From positions 7,994 through 39,993 of the forward strand of contig NZ_FNHH01000019.1 of the NCBI RefSeq assembly GCF_900103545.1: DNA of 32,000 bases, read 5' to 3'. The translations under genes and the position numbers were made by a program. Source of the DNA: Daejeonella rubra. Its GTDB lineage: Bacteria; Bacteroidota; Bacteroidia; Sphingobacteriales; Sphingobacteriaceae. Shown here piece by piece: positions 1 through 8,823 of this stretch (positions are counted from its first letter, which is position 1; each line of letters begins with the position of its first letter). The notes beneath the pieces are model-generated. The model was not told the DNA's origin and ran no database searches. It saw only the letters and a program-made list of their open reading frames with translations.

Positions 1-378
1 ACCGCCACCGATAATAACAGGCAAAATGTTTTTCTTGATCAGTTCAGCAACCACCAGCTTCAATGCCACATAGGTATCTGAAACCTGATGCCCTGCCTTA
101 ATATTCCCAAGATCAACAATGTGGGTAGCATAGTTACCTTCATTCAACCCATAAAACTTCTTCCTGAAAAAATCCGGAGCTCTGGATGTTCCCTTATTAT
201 TTACCGAATTACGATCTTCAAGAACTCCGATCAGCGCTATATCAAACTTATGATCATCAAGATCAGGAAAATCAGCATGGTAAACCTCAATTTTTGAACC
301 TAAATGACTGGTATAAAAACCATCTTCAGGAGAAAGGTTATTAAAATCAACAGGACTTAGAAAATCGGATAATGACAT
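1..378 (-). CDS. Arginase/formiminoglutamase (ureohydrolase) family protein; N-terminal 126 codons only, gene continues off the left edge
   Basis: Not in the ORF track because it is open at the window edge. Reverse-strand ATG at 378-376 opens a stop-free frame down to base 1: MSLSDFLSPVDFNNLSPEDGFYTSHLGSKIEVYHADFPDLDDHKFDIALIGVLEDRNSVNNKGTSRAPDFFRKKFYGLNEGNYATHIVDLGNIKAGHQVSDTYVALKLVVAELIKKNILPVIIGGG. The pattern (GV.EDR..V.N.G...AP, D.GNI, then PVIIGGG just before the expected metal-binding H) resembles HutG/arginase-fold enzymes. The + strand ORF 88-297 is its antisense shadow. Confidence 0.7.
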   Translation of the reverse strand, partial: MSLSDFLSPVDFNNLSPEDGFYTSHLGSKIEVYHADFPDLDDHKFDIALIGVLEDRNSVNNKGTSRAPDFFRKKFYGLNEGNYATHIVDLGNIKAGHQVSDTYVALKLVVAELIKKNILPVIIGGG

Positions 379-505
379 AGTTTAGTTTGTTCCTGTTAAT
401 TGGTAAACGATAATGAACTTCAGGCTGCCTCCTCAGTGATGTTTTAGAAAAACTGAAGATTATTAGTTTTTGAGCATACTCAAAGCAAATATCAGTTTAT
501 TCAGT

Positions 506-513
506 TACTTTTG
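506..513 (+). promoter_or_regulatory. Candidate Bacteroidota -7 promoter box (TACTTTTG, matches TAnnTTTG)
   Basis: Exact match to the TAnnTTTG -7 consensus of Bacteroidetes primary-sigma promoters, 25 nt upstream of the ATG at 539, inside the divergent intergenic region 379-538. Confidence 0.45.
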
Positions 514-538
514 AAAGCATTTAAAAAAATTCATCCGG

Positions 539-1501
539 ATGATTTTAGTTACCGGCGCCACCGGTTTTTTAGGCTCAGAATTAATCAGACAATTACTTCT
601 TAAAGGTGAAAATGTCAGGGCGATCATGCGTGAAACATCCGTGATTCCGGCATTACTCAAAAACGAGAAAAAAATTGAATGGTTTACTGCCGATATCCTG
701 GATTATTTCGCCCTGAAGGATGCGATGGAGGGTATCAGCAAAGTGTATCATTGTGCTGCTTTTATTTCTTTTGACCCTGCCGACAAAAAAAGAATGAAAA
801 AGGTAAATGTTGAGGGCACAGTAAATCTGCTCAATGTTTCAATGGAAAAAAACATATCCCGTTTCTTACATGTCAGTTCAGTGGCAGCATTGGGCGAAAG
901 TAAAAAAGACGAATTCATCACTGAAAAAGATCAATGGGAGTACTCTCCGGATCGCAGTGCCTATTCGATCTCAAAATATGAGAGTGAAATGGAAGTTTTC
1001 AGAGCGGCGGCTGAAGGTTTGAATGCAGTTATTGTCAATCCATCGATCATTATTGGTAAAAATGCAGGTAATGAAGGCAGCGGACAGCTATTTGAAACGA
1101 TCCAAAAAGGATTAAAATACTATCCTGGAGGAAGTTTTGGCTATGTTGATGTTGAAGATGTGGCAAAAGCTATGATCTTATTAATGGATTCAGACATTTC
1201 TGATGAACGTTTCATTATCAATGCCGAAAACTGGAGCTATCGGGATCTTTTCACTGAAATTGCATTGAATTTTAAGAAAAATCCACCCAAAATAGCCCTT
1301 AAGCCCTGGATGATGCAATTAGCATACCTGGGAACACGAATTATTGCTGCTTTTACAGGTAAAAAATTCAACCTGACAAGAGATACAGCGACCAGCGCCT
1401 TTAAAAAACGAAAGTATTCTAATAATAAAATTAAAAAGACCTTAAATTTGGACTTTAAACCTATTAAGGACTCAATCGGCGAGATTTGCCGTGATTTTTA
1501 A
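539..1501 (+). CDS. NAD(P)-dependent epimerase/dehydratase-type SDR (extended SDR, dihydroflavonol-reductase-like)
   Basis: 320 aa. The N-terminus MILVTGATGFLGSELIRQLL is the classical extended-SDR Rossmann motif TGxxGxxG. YSISK matches the catalytic YxxxK. Length fits this family. Confidence 0.85.
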   Translation: MILVTGATGFLGSELIRQLLLKGENVRAIMRETSVIPALLKNEKKIEWFTADILDYFALKDAMEGISKVYHCAAFISFDPADKKRMKKVNVEGTVNLLNVSMEKNISRFLHVSSVAALGESKKDEFITEKDQWEYSPDRSAYSISKYESEMEVFRAAAEGLNAVIVNPSIIIGKNAGNEGSGQLFETIQKGLKYYPGGSFGYVDVEDVAKAMILLMDSDISDERFIINAENWSYRDLFTEIALNFKKNPPKIALKPWMMQLAYLGTRIIAAFTGKKFNLTRDTATSAFKKRKYSNNKIKKTLNLDFKPIKDSIGEICRDF

Positions 1502-2822
1502 CACCAATAATATTCAAAACACCAATCCATTGAAGCAGTTTTACATCATAGATTTCGACAGTACTTTTACTCAGGTGGAGGCGCTTGATGAATTAGCCCG
1601 TATCTCATTACAAAACCATCCCGATAGGGAAATGATCTACAAGAAAATTGAAGATCTGACGAATTTAGCAATGGAAGGCAAAATGTCTTTCCGTGAAAGC
1701 CTGACCGGCAGGGTACGACTTTTAGAAGCGAACCGTGATCATTTAAAGCAATTGATCTCGGTGCTTAAAAAGAAGGTTTCCTCTTCGTTCTCCAGAAATA
1801 AAACATTTTTCAAAAAACATTCAGAATCTGTCCTGATCGTATCTGGTGGATTTAAAGAATTTATTATTCCTGTTGTACTTCCATATCATATCTCCAAAGA
1901 AAATATCTATGCCAACACCTTTATATTCGATGATCAGGATCGGATTATAGGGTATGATGAAAAAAACCCGCTTTCAAATGAAGGAGGGAAAGTCACGCTA
2001 CTGAAGGAGCTTGACCTTAAAGGCGATATTTATGGAATTGGCGACGGACATTCAGATTTTCAGCTGAAGGAATTTGGTATGATCAGGAAATTTTACGCCT
2101 TTACCGAAAACATCGAGCGTAAAACTGTCGCTGAAAAGGCAGATCATGTTACCCCCAGCTTTGATGAATTTTTATATGTCAATAACCTCCCAAGGGCAAT
2201 TTCCTATCCCAAAAACAGGATCCTTTGCCTCGTGATCGGAGATGTTCCTGAACTGGCGATTCAAACTTTAAAGAAAGATGGGTTTTCCATTCGACATAAG
2301 ACAAGTTTTGAAGAAAAATATGTGGCTGATGTAGGCATGATGCTATTAGGCAATGGCGAAATACTGGAACGTGAAAAACTGGAACGTGCAGTAAAACTGA
2401 AGACCATCGGTTATCTGGGTAACAGTGAGCCTAAACTATCCCACGGACTATGTACAGATATGGGTATTGTCATTTTTGATGACCCCAAGAACAGCCCCAG
2501 AAATCCGGAATTTATTGCCAAACGGATGATTAATTTCATTAATCATGGCCATACGTATGTGAGTGCAAACTTTCCGAACCTGCAGCTTCCCCGTATTATT
2601 GGAGCACACCGGCTTATTCATATTCACAAAAATATGCCGGGTATAATGGCTCAGATAAACAAAGTATTCGCCGACCATCATATCAACATTGTCGGTCAGT
2701 ATCTGATGACCAACCCAAGCATCGGCTATGTGATCACGGATGTGAGTGATGAATATGATAAAAAAGTATTGAAGGCTCTTAAACAGATCAATCATACGAT
2801 TAAGTTCAGGATTCTTTATTAA
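1491..2822 (+). CDS. HAD-IB phosphoserine-phosphatase-like domain fused to a SerA-like substrate-binding lobe and ACT domain (NAD-binding domain absent)
   Basis: 443 aa. HAD motif I IIDFDSTF at aa 19-26; SGG and GDGHSD match HAD motifs II/IV. The C-terminal NHGHTYVSANFPNLQLPRIIGAHRLIHIHKNMPGIMAQINKVFADHHINIVGQYLMTNPSIGYVITDVSDEYDKKVLKALKQINHTIKFRILY aligns closely with the E. coli SerA C-terminus (DNGSTLSAVNFPEVSLP..RRLMHIHENRPGVLTALNKIFAEQGVNIAAQYLQT..GYVVIDIEADEDVAEKALQAMKAIPGTIRARLLY). The GTG start at 1491 overlaps the upstream stop by 11 nt. No in-frame ATG lies upstream of the DFDST motif. Confidence 0.85.
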   Translation: MIFNTNNIQNTNPLKQFYIIDFDSTFTQVEALDELARISLQNHPDREMIYKKIEDLTNLAMEGKMSFRESLTGRVRLLEANRDHLKQLISVLKKKVSSSFSRNKTFFKKHSESVLIVSGGFKEFIIPVVLPYHISKENIYANTFIFDDQDRIIGYDEKNPLSNEGGKVTLLKELDLKGDIYGIGDGHSDFQLKEFGMIRKFYAFTENIERKTVAEKADHVTPSFDEFLYVNNLPRAISYPKNRILCLVIGDVPELAIQTLKKDGFSIRHKTSFEEKYVADVGMMLLGNGEILEREKLERAVKLKTIGYLGNSEPKLSHGLCTDMGIVIFDDPKNSPRNPEFIAKRMINFINHGHTYVSANFPNLQLPRIIGAHRLIHIHKNMPGIMAQINKVFADHHINIVGQYLMTNPSIGYVITDVSDEYDKKVLKALKQINHTIKFRILY

Positions 2823-2958
2823 GCCTAGGGGGAAAGCAAAAAGCTGAAAGATGAAAGGGGAAAGCTTAAAGCTTAAAATACGGGCTCAAAAAGGAGTTTT
2901 AACTGCAATTTTTTAACAAAAATCCTTAAATTGCGCAATTCACTCAAAAAATAGCAAA

Positions 2959-4029
2959 GTGTCTCAAAAAGTAAATATCTCTATAACGAAAACTGCTAAA
3001 TCACGCTTAGCGGAAACAGATTTCGATAATTTACCGTTCGGAAAGACTTTTTCCGATCATATGTTCATGGCAGATTACAGCGATGGCGAATGGAAAAATT
3101 TCCAGATCCTTCCTTATGGAGAGATAGGTATTAGTCCGGCGATATCTGCTCTTCACTACGGACAATCATTTTTCGAAGGTATCAAAGCCTATAAACATGC
3201 AGATGGCAAAGTTGCGATCTTCCGTCCGGATAAAAACGGGGAACGTTTCAACCTTTCTGCACAGCGTTTATGTATGCCTGAATTACCTGTAGAAATCTTT
3301 TTACAGAGTATTGCAACGCTGGTAGACCTTGACAGAGACTGGGTTCCGGGAAAAGAAAATCATTCCCTGTATATCAGGCCATTCATGTTCGCTACTGATC
3401 CATATCTGGGGGTTAATCCATCAGGAAGTTATAAATATATGGTACTAACCGGACCGGTAGGCCCCTATTTTTCGAAGAACCTAAAGGTTAAAATTGAAAC
3501 ACATTATTCAAGAGCCTGCGATGGAGGTTTTGGTTTTGCAAAAGCTGCCGGAAATTATGGTGGTTCAATGCTTCCTTCATTAAAAGCTACACAGGAAGGG
3601 TTTGATCAGCTGATCTGGACGGATTCACGTGAGCATGCTTATATTGAAGAATTAGGAGCTGCAAATGTGATGTTCCTGATGGACGGAACATTAGTTACTC
3701 CTTCAACAAGAGATACGATCCTGAAAGGCGTAACCCGTGATACCGTTCTTACACTGGCTAAGAAATGGAATGTGAACATTGAAGAACGCAGAATTTCAGT
3801 GGATGAGATCATCACCGGAATAAAAGAAGGCCGCATAACCGATGCTTTTGGTGTTGGAACCGCTGCTACTATTGCACACATTGCTGAAATTGGACATCAG
3901 GGTGAACTTTATACTCTTCCGGATCCTGCAAAGCGTGTATTTTCAAACAAGGTTTTGAATACTTTAAATGACTTGCGCTACGGAAGATCTGCCGATGAAT
4001 TTGGCTGGAATTATCCGGTAGGAAAATAA
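2959..4029 (+). CDS. ilvE: Branched-chain amino acid aminotransferase (fold-type IV PLP enzyme)
   Basis: 356 aa with a GTG start. Characteristic strings: LHYGQSFFEGIKAY, SLYIRPFMFATDPYLGV, AKAAGNYGGSM, GVTRDTVL, FGVGTAA. Length matches the ~355-aa BCAT class. Confidence 0.93.
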   Translation: MSQKVNISITKTAKSRLAETDFDNLPFGKTFSDHMFMADYSDGEWKNFQILPYGEIGISPAISALHYGQSFFEGIKAYKHADGKVAIFRPDKNGERFNLSAQRLCMPELPVEIFLQSIATLVDLDRDWVPGKENHSLYIRPFMFATDPYLGVNPSGSYKYMVLTGPVGPYFSKNLKVKIETHYSRACDGGFGFAKAAGNYGGSMLPSLKATQEGFDQLIWTDSREHAYIEELGAANVMFLMDGTLVTPSTRDTILKGVTRDTVLTLAKKWNVNIEERRISVDEIITGIKEGRITDAFGVGTAATIAHIAEIGHQGELYTLPDPAKRVFSNKVLNTLNDLRYGRSADEFGWNYPVGK

Positions 4030-4047
4030 AAATATCAATTTGAAAGG

Positions 4048-4078
4048 AAGGCTGCTTAGGATTAAGCAGCCTTTTTAA
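4048..4078. terminator. Rho-independent terminator hairpin between convergent genes
   Basis: aaggctgctta (4048-4058), loop ggat, taagcagcctt (4063-4073), then a T-run. Perfect 11-bp stem located between the ilvE stop (4029) and the stop of the convergent gene (4134). Confidence 0.8.
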
Positions 4079-4133
4079 TTAAATAAAATCACAGACCCTT
4101 TCCAAAAGGTAGAGCGAATGCCTGTTAACGGTT

Positions 4134-5933
4134 TTAATTCCTATTACTTCTTCGAATATCCCTCTTTCTCAACCTGTCGTCTCTCCGTTCATCCCTGTCA
4201 ATGCGTTCGTTTTCCATTTTCCTCAATCTGGCCTTGATCTCCCTTTGTGTGGCTGAATCAAAACCAATGGTCTCGAGTAAAGCCTCAGCAAATCCTTTCC
4301 AGATCATATTAAAAAAGGACGAATGCTGGGGACGGTTAAATAGAAAATCAGATGTTCTGACCGGAGCACCAGGCGATGGATTATCATCTTTTATGATAAG
4401 AATATTGGCAAAGATCGAGGCGATTCCTTTTCTCTTTAACCTGGTTGTTGCACCACTCATTTCAAGCAGGGTAATTTTCAGATCATTATAATAGCATGTC
4501 AGCTCTCCCTTGATCCCTTTTAGACTGCCAGCACCTTTAAAGAGCATCTTTTCAATAAAGCCCGATTTAATTTCAATAAGAGACAAAGGCCTGATAGCTG
4601 AATTAAGCATGTCTGCATCAATTCTACCAAGTCGTCCGTCGAATTCAAAAGCTCCCGCAGGATCATTCAGACTGAATTTCATATTCACATCCAGCCTGCC
4701 CCGATCCATGAGCAGGGAAGTTAGTTTTACATTACTGTATTTGTTTTTAATAAGGCTCAGTGAATCATTCGTTACATTGGTTATAGTTCCATTAATTCGA
4801 CTGAAGGTTACTGTACCCTTACGTTGGGAACCCGGATTATATTCCGAATAATCAACCCTTGAATTCTGTAATAAAACTGAATCCACTGTGGTATTTAATT
4901 TAAAACGCTGCAAAGCTATCTGAGGAAAATTCATGCCCTTGTTCCTGATCGAATCTGGAATCTGCCTGTTCAGAAAAATTGAGAAATTAGCTCTCTTTAA
5001 GATCAATGCCGAGGCAGAAAGTCGCCGGTCTCTGTTAAGAAGCTCATAATTGACCTTATTGAGCTGCAATTCCTCGATATTCATGGTGTATCGGGGTTTC
5101 TGAAATTTAAATCTTCGCGAAAACTCCATTTCACCAAAACGCGGTACTATTCGAATGCCATTCATTCGGGCATAGCCTCCTGCAGTTGAAGCTCTTAATT
5201 CCTTGATTTGAACACTGTAATTTTTGTCTAATGTGATCGTATTGTATCCGAGGAGTTCTGCATAAATATCGCGGGTATGATAGAGTCGCGACTTATCAAA
5301 TTGGGATGCAGAATCGATCAGAAGATCGCTGATCTTAATATAGAGGTCTTTTAACGCGGTGACTTTTCCACCTTTCAGGCTATTATCAATGTATTTAAAG
5401 TCGGCATTTTTGAAAATAATATCACCGATCTTAACAGATTTAAGATAAGGAGCAAGTCGCTGGAAGGCTGTACGCTTATCCTCTTTTAAGGTGCCGTTAT
5501 TATTCTTTAAATCAGTAAAATTAACCTCCAGACTAGGATGATCGATCTCAATAGATCTCATTTCCAGATCCCTGTCCAAATAGACCTTCCAGGGCTGTAT
5601 TCTTTTTAAGATAAGTTCAGCAACTGCAACTTTATACAAATACCTGGGAGCAATACTATCCCTTTTCATTTCGTTGTATACAAAGGTATCAGGGGTAAAA
5701 CGGATATTCCTGATATTCATTCTTCCTGTAACAAAATTCACCCGGACATTGTCGAAATCAATACGATACAAACCATCAGTAGATTTATGAATGGCTTCCT
5801 TAATTCTTTCAGTAATAATTGGTTTCCAATAATAGTTAAGATATACGGCCAGACCGGATACCAATACGATCAGTGTCAGAAATCCAATCAGGATCCATTT
5901 CCGGATAAAGGCATAACTATTCTTTTCAGTCAT
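4134..5933 (-). CDS. Membrane-anchored hypothetical protein, AsmA/DUF748-like, with an Arg/Asp-rich C-terminal tail
   Basis: 599 aa. One N-terminal TM helix (WILIGFLTLIVLVSGLAVYL), followed by long beta-rich repetitive sequence typical of AsmA/TamB-like proteins. Tail is ERIDRDERRDDRLRKRDIRRSNRN. The family call rests on overall architecture only. Confidence 0.5.
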   Translation of the reverse strand: MTEKNSYAFIRKWILIGFLTLIVLVSGLAVYLNYYWKPIITERIKEAIHKSTDGLYRIDFDNVRVNFVTGRMNIRNIRFTPDTFVYNEMKRDSIAPRYLYKVAVAELILKRIQPWKVYLDRDLEMRSIEIDHPSLEVNFTDLKNNNGTLKEDKRTAFQRLAPYLKSVKIGDIIFKNADFKYIDNSLKGGKVTALKDLYIKISDLLIDSASQFDKSRLYHTRDIYAELLGYNTITLDKNYSVQIKELRASTAGGYARMNGIRIVPRFGEMEFSRRFKFQKPRYTMNIEELQLNKVNYELLNRDRRLSASALILKRANFSIFLNRQIPDSIRNKGMNFPQIALQRFKLNTTVDSVLLQNSRVDYSEYNPGSQRKGTVTFSRINGTITNVTNDSLSLIKNKYSNVKLTSLLMDRGRLDVNMKFSLNDPAGAFEFDGRLGRIDADMLNSAIRPLSLIEIKSGFIEKMLFKGAGSLKGIKGELTCYYNDLKITLLEMSGATTRLKRKGIASIFANILIIKDDNPSPGAPVRTSDFLFNRPQHSSFFNMIWKGFAEALLETIGFDSATQREIKARLRKMENERIDRDERRDDRLRKRDIRRSNRN

Positions 5934-6068
5934 ATATCAGTAGAGAACTTAAACTTATACAATTAAAACCAATTTAATAATTGCCGGATATGTCAGCGCA
6001 AAATAAAAATATTAAACTCAAGGCTGAAAAAGCATGTCTGCCAAATTGGCATTCCATAGAAAATTGCC

Positions 6069-6076
6069 TAACTTTG
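6069..6076 (+). promoter_or_regulatory. Candidate Bacteroidota -7 promoter box (TAACTTTG)
   Basis: Exact TAnnTTTG match 19 nt upstream of the miaB ATG (6096). A TTG at 6046-6048 sits at a plausible -33 distance. Confidence 0.5.
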
Positions 6077-6095
6077 CAAGCTAATTTAAAAACAA

Positions 6096-7517
6096 ATGTT
6101 TGACCGCCCATTAAACTTAAAAGATTCATCAGAGACTGCTATGCATGATGAATCCCGTCAGGGTGAAGCCTTAATAATTGAAAGACCAAAACAATATACA
6201 GGACGAAAACTCTACATTGAGAGTTACGGCTGTGCTATGAATTTTGCTGACAGTGAGATCGTTGCCTCACTCATGCTGGATATGGGTTTTGAAACTACAG
6301 CTCAATATAAGGAGGCTGATGTCATATTTATAAATACCTGTTCGATACGAGATAATGCCGAGCAAAGAGTAAGAAACAGGCTTCGTGAATTCAGCGCGGC
6401 AAAAAAGAAACGTCCCGGTATGACCATTGGCGTTCTGGGCTGTATGGCTGAGCGCCTTAAATCTAAGTTTTTAGAGGAAGAGAAGTTGGTCGATATTGTT
6501 ATTGGACCAGACTCTTACCGCGATCTGCCCAATTTGCTCTCACAGGCAGACGAGGGAATCCGCGCTGTAAACGTTCTTCTGTCCCGTGAGGAAACCTATG
6601 CGGATATTAGTCCGGTACGATTGAACAGTAACGGCATCTCTGCCTTTGTTTCCATCATGCGCGGCTGCGATAATATGTGCTCATTCTGTGTGGTTCCATT
6701 TACAAGGGGAAGGGAAAGAAGCAGAGATCCGGAATCAATTGTCAGAGAGGCTAAAGAATTATTTGAAGAGGGCTATCGTGAAGTTACTCTCCTGGGTCAG
6801 AATGTAGATTCATATAAATGGGAAGACAGGCTGAATTTCGCAGGCCTTCTGCAGCTTGTCGCTCAGATCGATCCGCTTTTACGGGTTCGTTTTTCAACTT
6901 CCCATCCTAAAGATATCACCGATGAGGTATTACATACTATGAATAAGTATGATAATATCTGCAATCATATCCATCTGCCGGTACAATCAGGCAATTCACG
7001 GGTGCTTGAGCTGATGAACCGAACCTATACACGGGAATGGTATATCGAGCGGATCGATACCATCAGGCGACTAATCCCTGATTGCTCCATTTCAACGGAT
7101 GTGATCATTGGTTTTTGTACCGAGACCGAGGAAGAACATCAGGATACCCTGAGTATGATGGATTATGTAAAGTATGATTTTGCCTACATGTACACGTATT
7201 CGGAGCGCCCCGGCACCTTGGCTGCCAAACGTTTTGAAGACGATATTCCAGAGGATGTTAAAACACGCCGTTTTAATGAGATCCTGAAAATGCAGCAGGC
7301 ATGTTCCTTAAACAGGCTGGAGCAGCATATTGGGAAAACACACCGGGTATTGATCGATGGGTTTTCCAAAAAATCAGATAAGGATCTGGCAGGTAAAACT
7401 GAACATAACATCACGGTTGTTTTCCCGGCAAATGGAAACAACAAGCCCGGAGATTATGTTAATGTGGAGATCGTGCGTTGCACACCAGCCACCCTAATTG
7501 GTCAAATTATTAATTAA
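6096..7517 (+). CDS. miaB: tRNA-2-methylthio-N6-dimethylallyladenosine synthase (radical SAM methylthiotransferase)
   Basis: 473 aa. UPF0004 N-terminal domain ([15 protein letters not shown] ... [11 protein letters not shown] ... GVLGCMA), radical SAM cluster [13 protein letters not shown]-terminal TRAM-like domain. Confidence 0.95.
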   Translation: MFDRPLNLKDSSETAMHDESRQGEALIIERPKQYTGRKLYIESYGCAMNFADSEIVASLMLDMGFETTAQYKEADVIFINTCSIRDNAEQRVRNRLREFSAAKKKRPGMTIGVLGCMAERLKSKFLEEEKLVDIVIGPDSYRDLPNLLSQADEGIRAVNVLLSREETYADISPVRLNSNGISAFVSIMRGCDNMCSFCVVPFTRGRERSRDPESIVREAKELFEEGYREVTLLGQNVDSYKWEDRLNFAGLLQLVAQIDPLLRVRFSTSHPKDITDEVLHTMNKYDNICNHIHLPVQSGNSRVLELMNRTYTREWYIERIDTIRRLIPDCSISTDVIIGFCTETEEEHQDTLSMMDYVKYDFAYMYTYSERPGTLAAKRFEDDIPEDVKTRRFNEILKMQQACSLNRLEQHIGKTHRVLIDGFSKKSDKDLAGKTEHNITVVFPANGNNKPGDYVNVEIVRCTPATLIGQIIN

Positions 7518-7527
7518 CAAAAAATTT

Positions 7528-7557
7528 ATGCAAATGATGGCCTATCATCATCTGCAT
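7528..7557 (+). other. Intercistronic hairpin between miaB and the sigma-54 activator gene
   Basis: atgcaaatgatg (7528-7539), loop gcctat, catcatctgcat (7546-7557). 12-bp stem with one mismatch and no trailing T-tract. It ends 4 nt before the ATG at 7562. Confidence 0.4.
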
Positions 7558-7561
7558 ATGG

Positions 7562-8809
7562 ATGAATAAGAATATGGATGTTCAGGATATAAAAAACCGG
7601 TTTGGAATAATTGGGAATTCACCCTTACTCAACAGAGCTATTGATATTGCCAGGCAGGTAGCACCAACTGATATTTCGGTGCTGATCACCGGTGAAAGCG
7701 GAAGTGGTAAAGAAGTATTTTCTCATATTATTCATTCATTAAGTGCGCGTAAACATGGCCCTTTCATAGCCGTGAACTGTGGAGCTATACCAGAAGGTAC
7801 GATCGACTCAGAATTATTTGGTCATGAAAAAGGATCATTTACCGGAGCCCATGATGCAAGAAAGGGTTATTTTGAAGTAGTTGATGGCGGAACTATATTT
7901 CTGGATGAGGTTGCAGAACTACCAATCGGTACTCAGGCTCGTTTGTTACGGGTATTAGAAACGGGTGAATATATTCGTGTTGGCTCTTCCAAAGTACAGA
8001 AAACAAATGTGCGTGTAATTGCAGCTACGAATAAGGATGTTTTTGATGCCGTAAGTGCCGGTAAGTTCAGGGAAGATCTTTACTACCGTTTGAACACCGT
8101 TCCCTTGAAAATACCAGCGCTGAGAGAGCGCAAGGAGGATATAAATTTACTATTCAGGAAGTTTGTTGCCGATTTTACAGATAAATACAGAAGCCCTTCA
8201 GTGCAACTGGACCAGAGTGCACAGCAGGCTTTAATGAATTACAGCTGGCCGGGAAATGTTCGTCAGCTAAAAAATATTGCGGAACAAATTGCCGTTCTTG
8301 AAAAAGAAAGGAACTTAACGGCCGAGCATCTGCAGAGTTACATTCCGACAGAGGCTGGAAGCACCCTGCCTATGAGGATTCAGAACCAGAATAAAGAAGA
8401 TTTTTCTGAGCGTGACATCCTCTACAAGGTACTCTTCGATATGAAGAAAGACATGATGGAGCTGAAAAAACTGGTTGCAGAGATCATACAAAACGGAGGA
8501 AATACTTCAAGTATACAATCTAACCAGAATGTGATCAATCAGCTTTACCGCGATATTGAAATTCCGGGAAGCAGTAACCTTCCTTCAGATCCGCATCAAT
8601 TGGTGATACATCAGCCCAATAATGATAAGTCATACGATATGATGGATGAGGCTGAAGAAGTGGAAGAGTCCTTATCTCTGGTGGATAAAGAATCGGACCT
8701 GATCAAAAAGGCGCTGAAAAAACATAAGGGAAAAAGGAAACTGGCAGCACAGGAACTTGGAATATCTGAACGCACACTGTATCGTAAAATAAAAGAATTA
8801 GAATTATAA
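7562..8809 (+). CDS. Sigma-54-dependent transcriptional activator (bEBP) with AAA+ and Fis-type HTH domains and no N-terminal sensory or receiver domain
   Basis: 415 aa. The AAA+ domain starts at about aa 12. Walker A GESGSGKE, Walker B GGTIFLDEV, sigma-54 contact loop GSFTGA (GAFTGA variant), C-terminal HTH ELGISERTLYRKIKEL. Confidence 0.9.
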   Translation: MNKNMDVQDIKNRFGIIGNSPLLNRAIDIARQVAPTDISVLITGESGSGKEVFSHIIHSLSARKHGPFIAVNCGAIPEGTIDSELFGHEKGSFTGAHDARKGYFEVVDGGTIFLDEVAELPIGTQARLLRVLETGEYIRVGSSKVQKTNVRVIAATNKDVFDAVSAGKFREDLYYRLNTVPLKIPALRERKEDINLLFRKFVADFTDKYRSPSVQLDQSAQQALMNYSWPGNVRQLKNIAEQIAVLEKERNLTAEHLQSYIPTEAGSTLPMRIQNQNKEDFSERDILYKVLFDMKKDMMELKKLVAEIIQNGGNTSSIQSNQNVINQLYRDIEIPGSSNLPSDPHQLVIHQPNNDKSYDMMDEAEEVEESLSLVDKESDLIKKALKKHKGKRKLAAQELGISERTLYRKIKELEL

Positions 8810-8823
8810 GATCATCTTTGACC

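Noticed and set aside
88-297. 69-aa + strand ORF in the track
   Set aside because: It lies entirely antisense to a stop-free minus-strand frame (1-378) that encodes a recognisable arginase/formiminoglutamase-family N-terminus. Its own translation is low-complexity with no motif.
2823-2958. Purine-rich GAAAG/AAAGC repeats (ggggaaagcaaaaagctgaaagatgaaaggggaaagcttaaagctt) upstream of ilvE as a possible riboswitch, T-box or leader
   Set aside because: I could not trace a T-box specifier or antiterminator architecture, a leader peptide rich in Ile/Leu/Val, or a stable terminator/antiterminator pair. It is only low-complexity purine repeats with two AAGCTT palindromes, which is too weak to call.
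4201-4851. Two + strand ORFs (96 and 113 aa) inside the AsmA-like gene
   Set aside because: Both are antisense to a continuous 599-codon ORF that has a proper TM anchor. They show no motifs and no start context.
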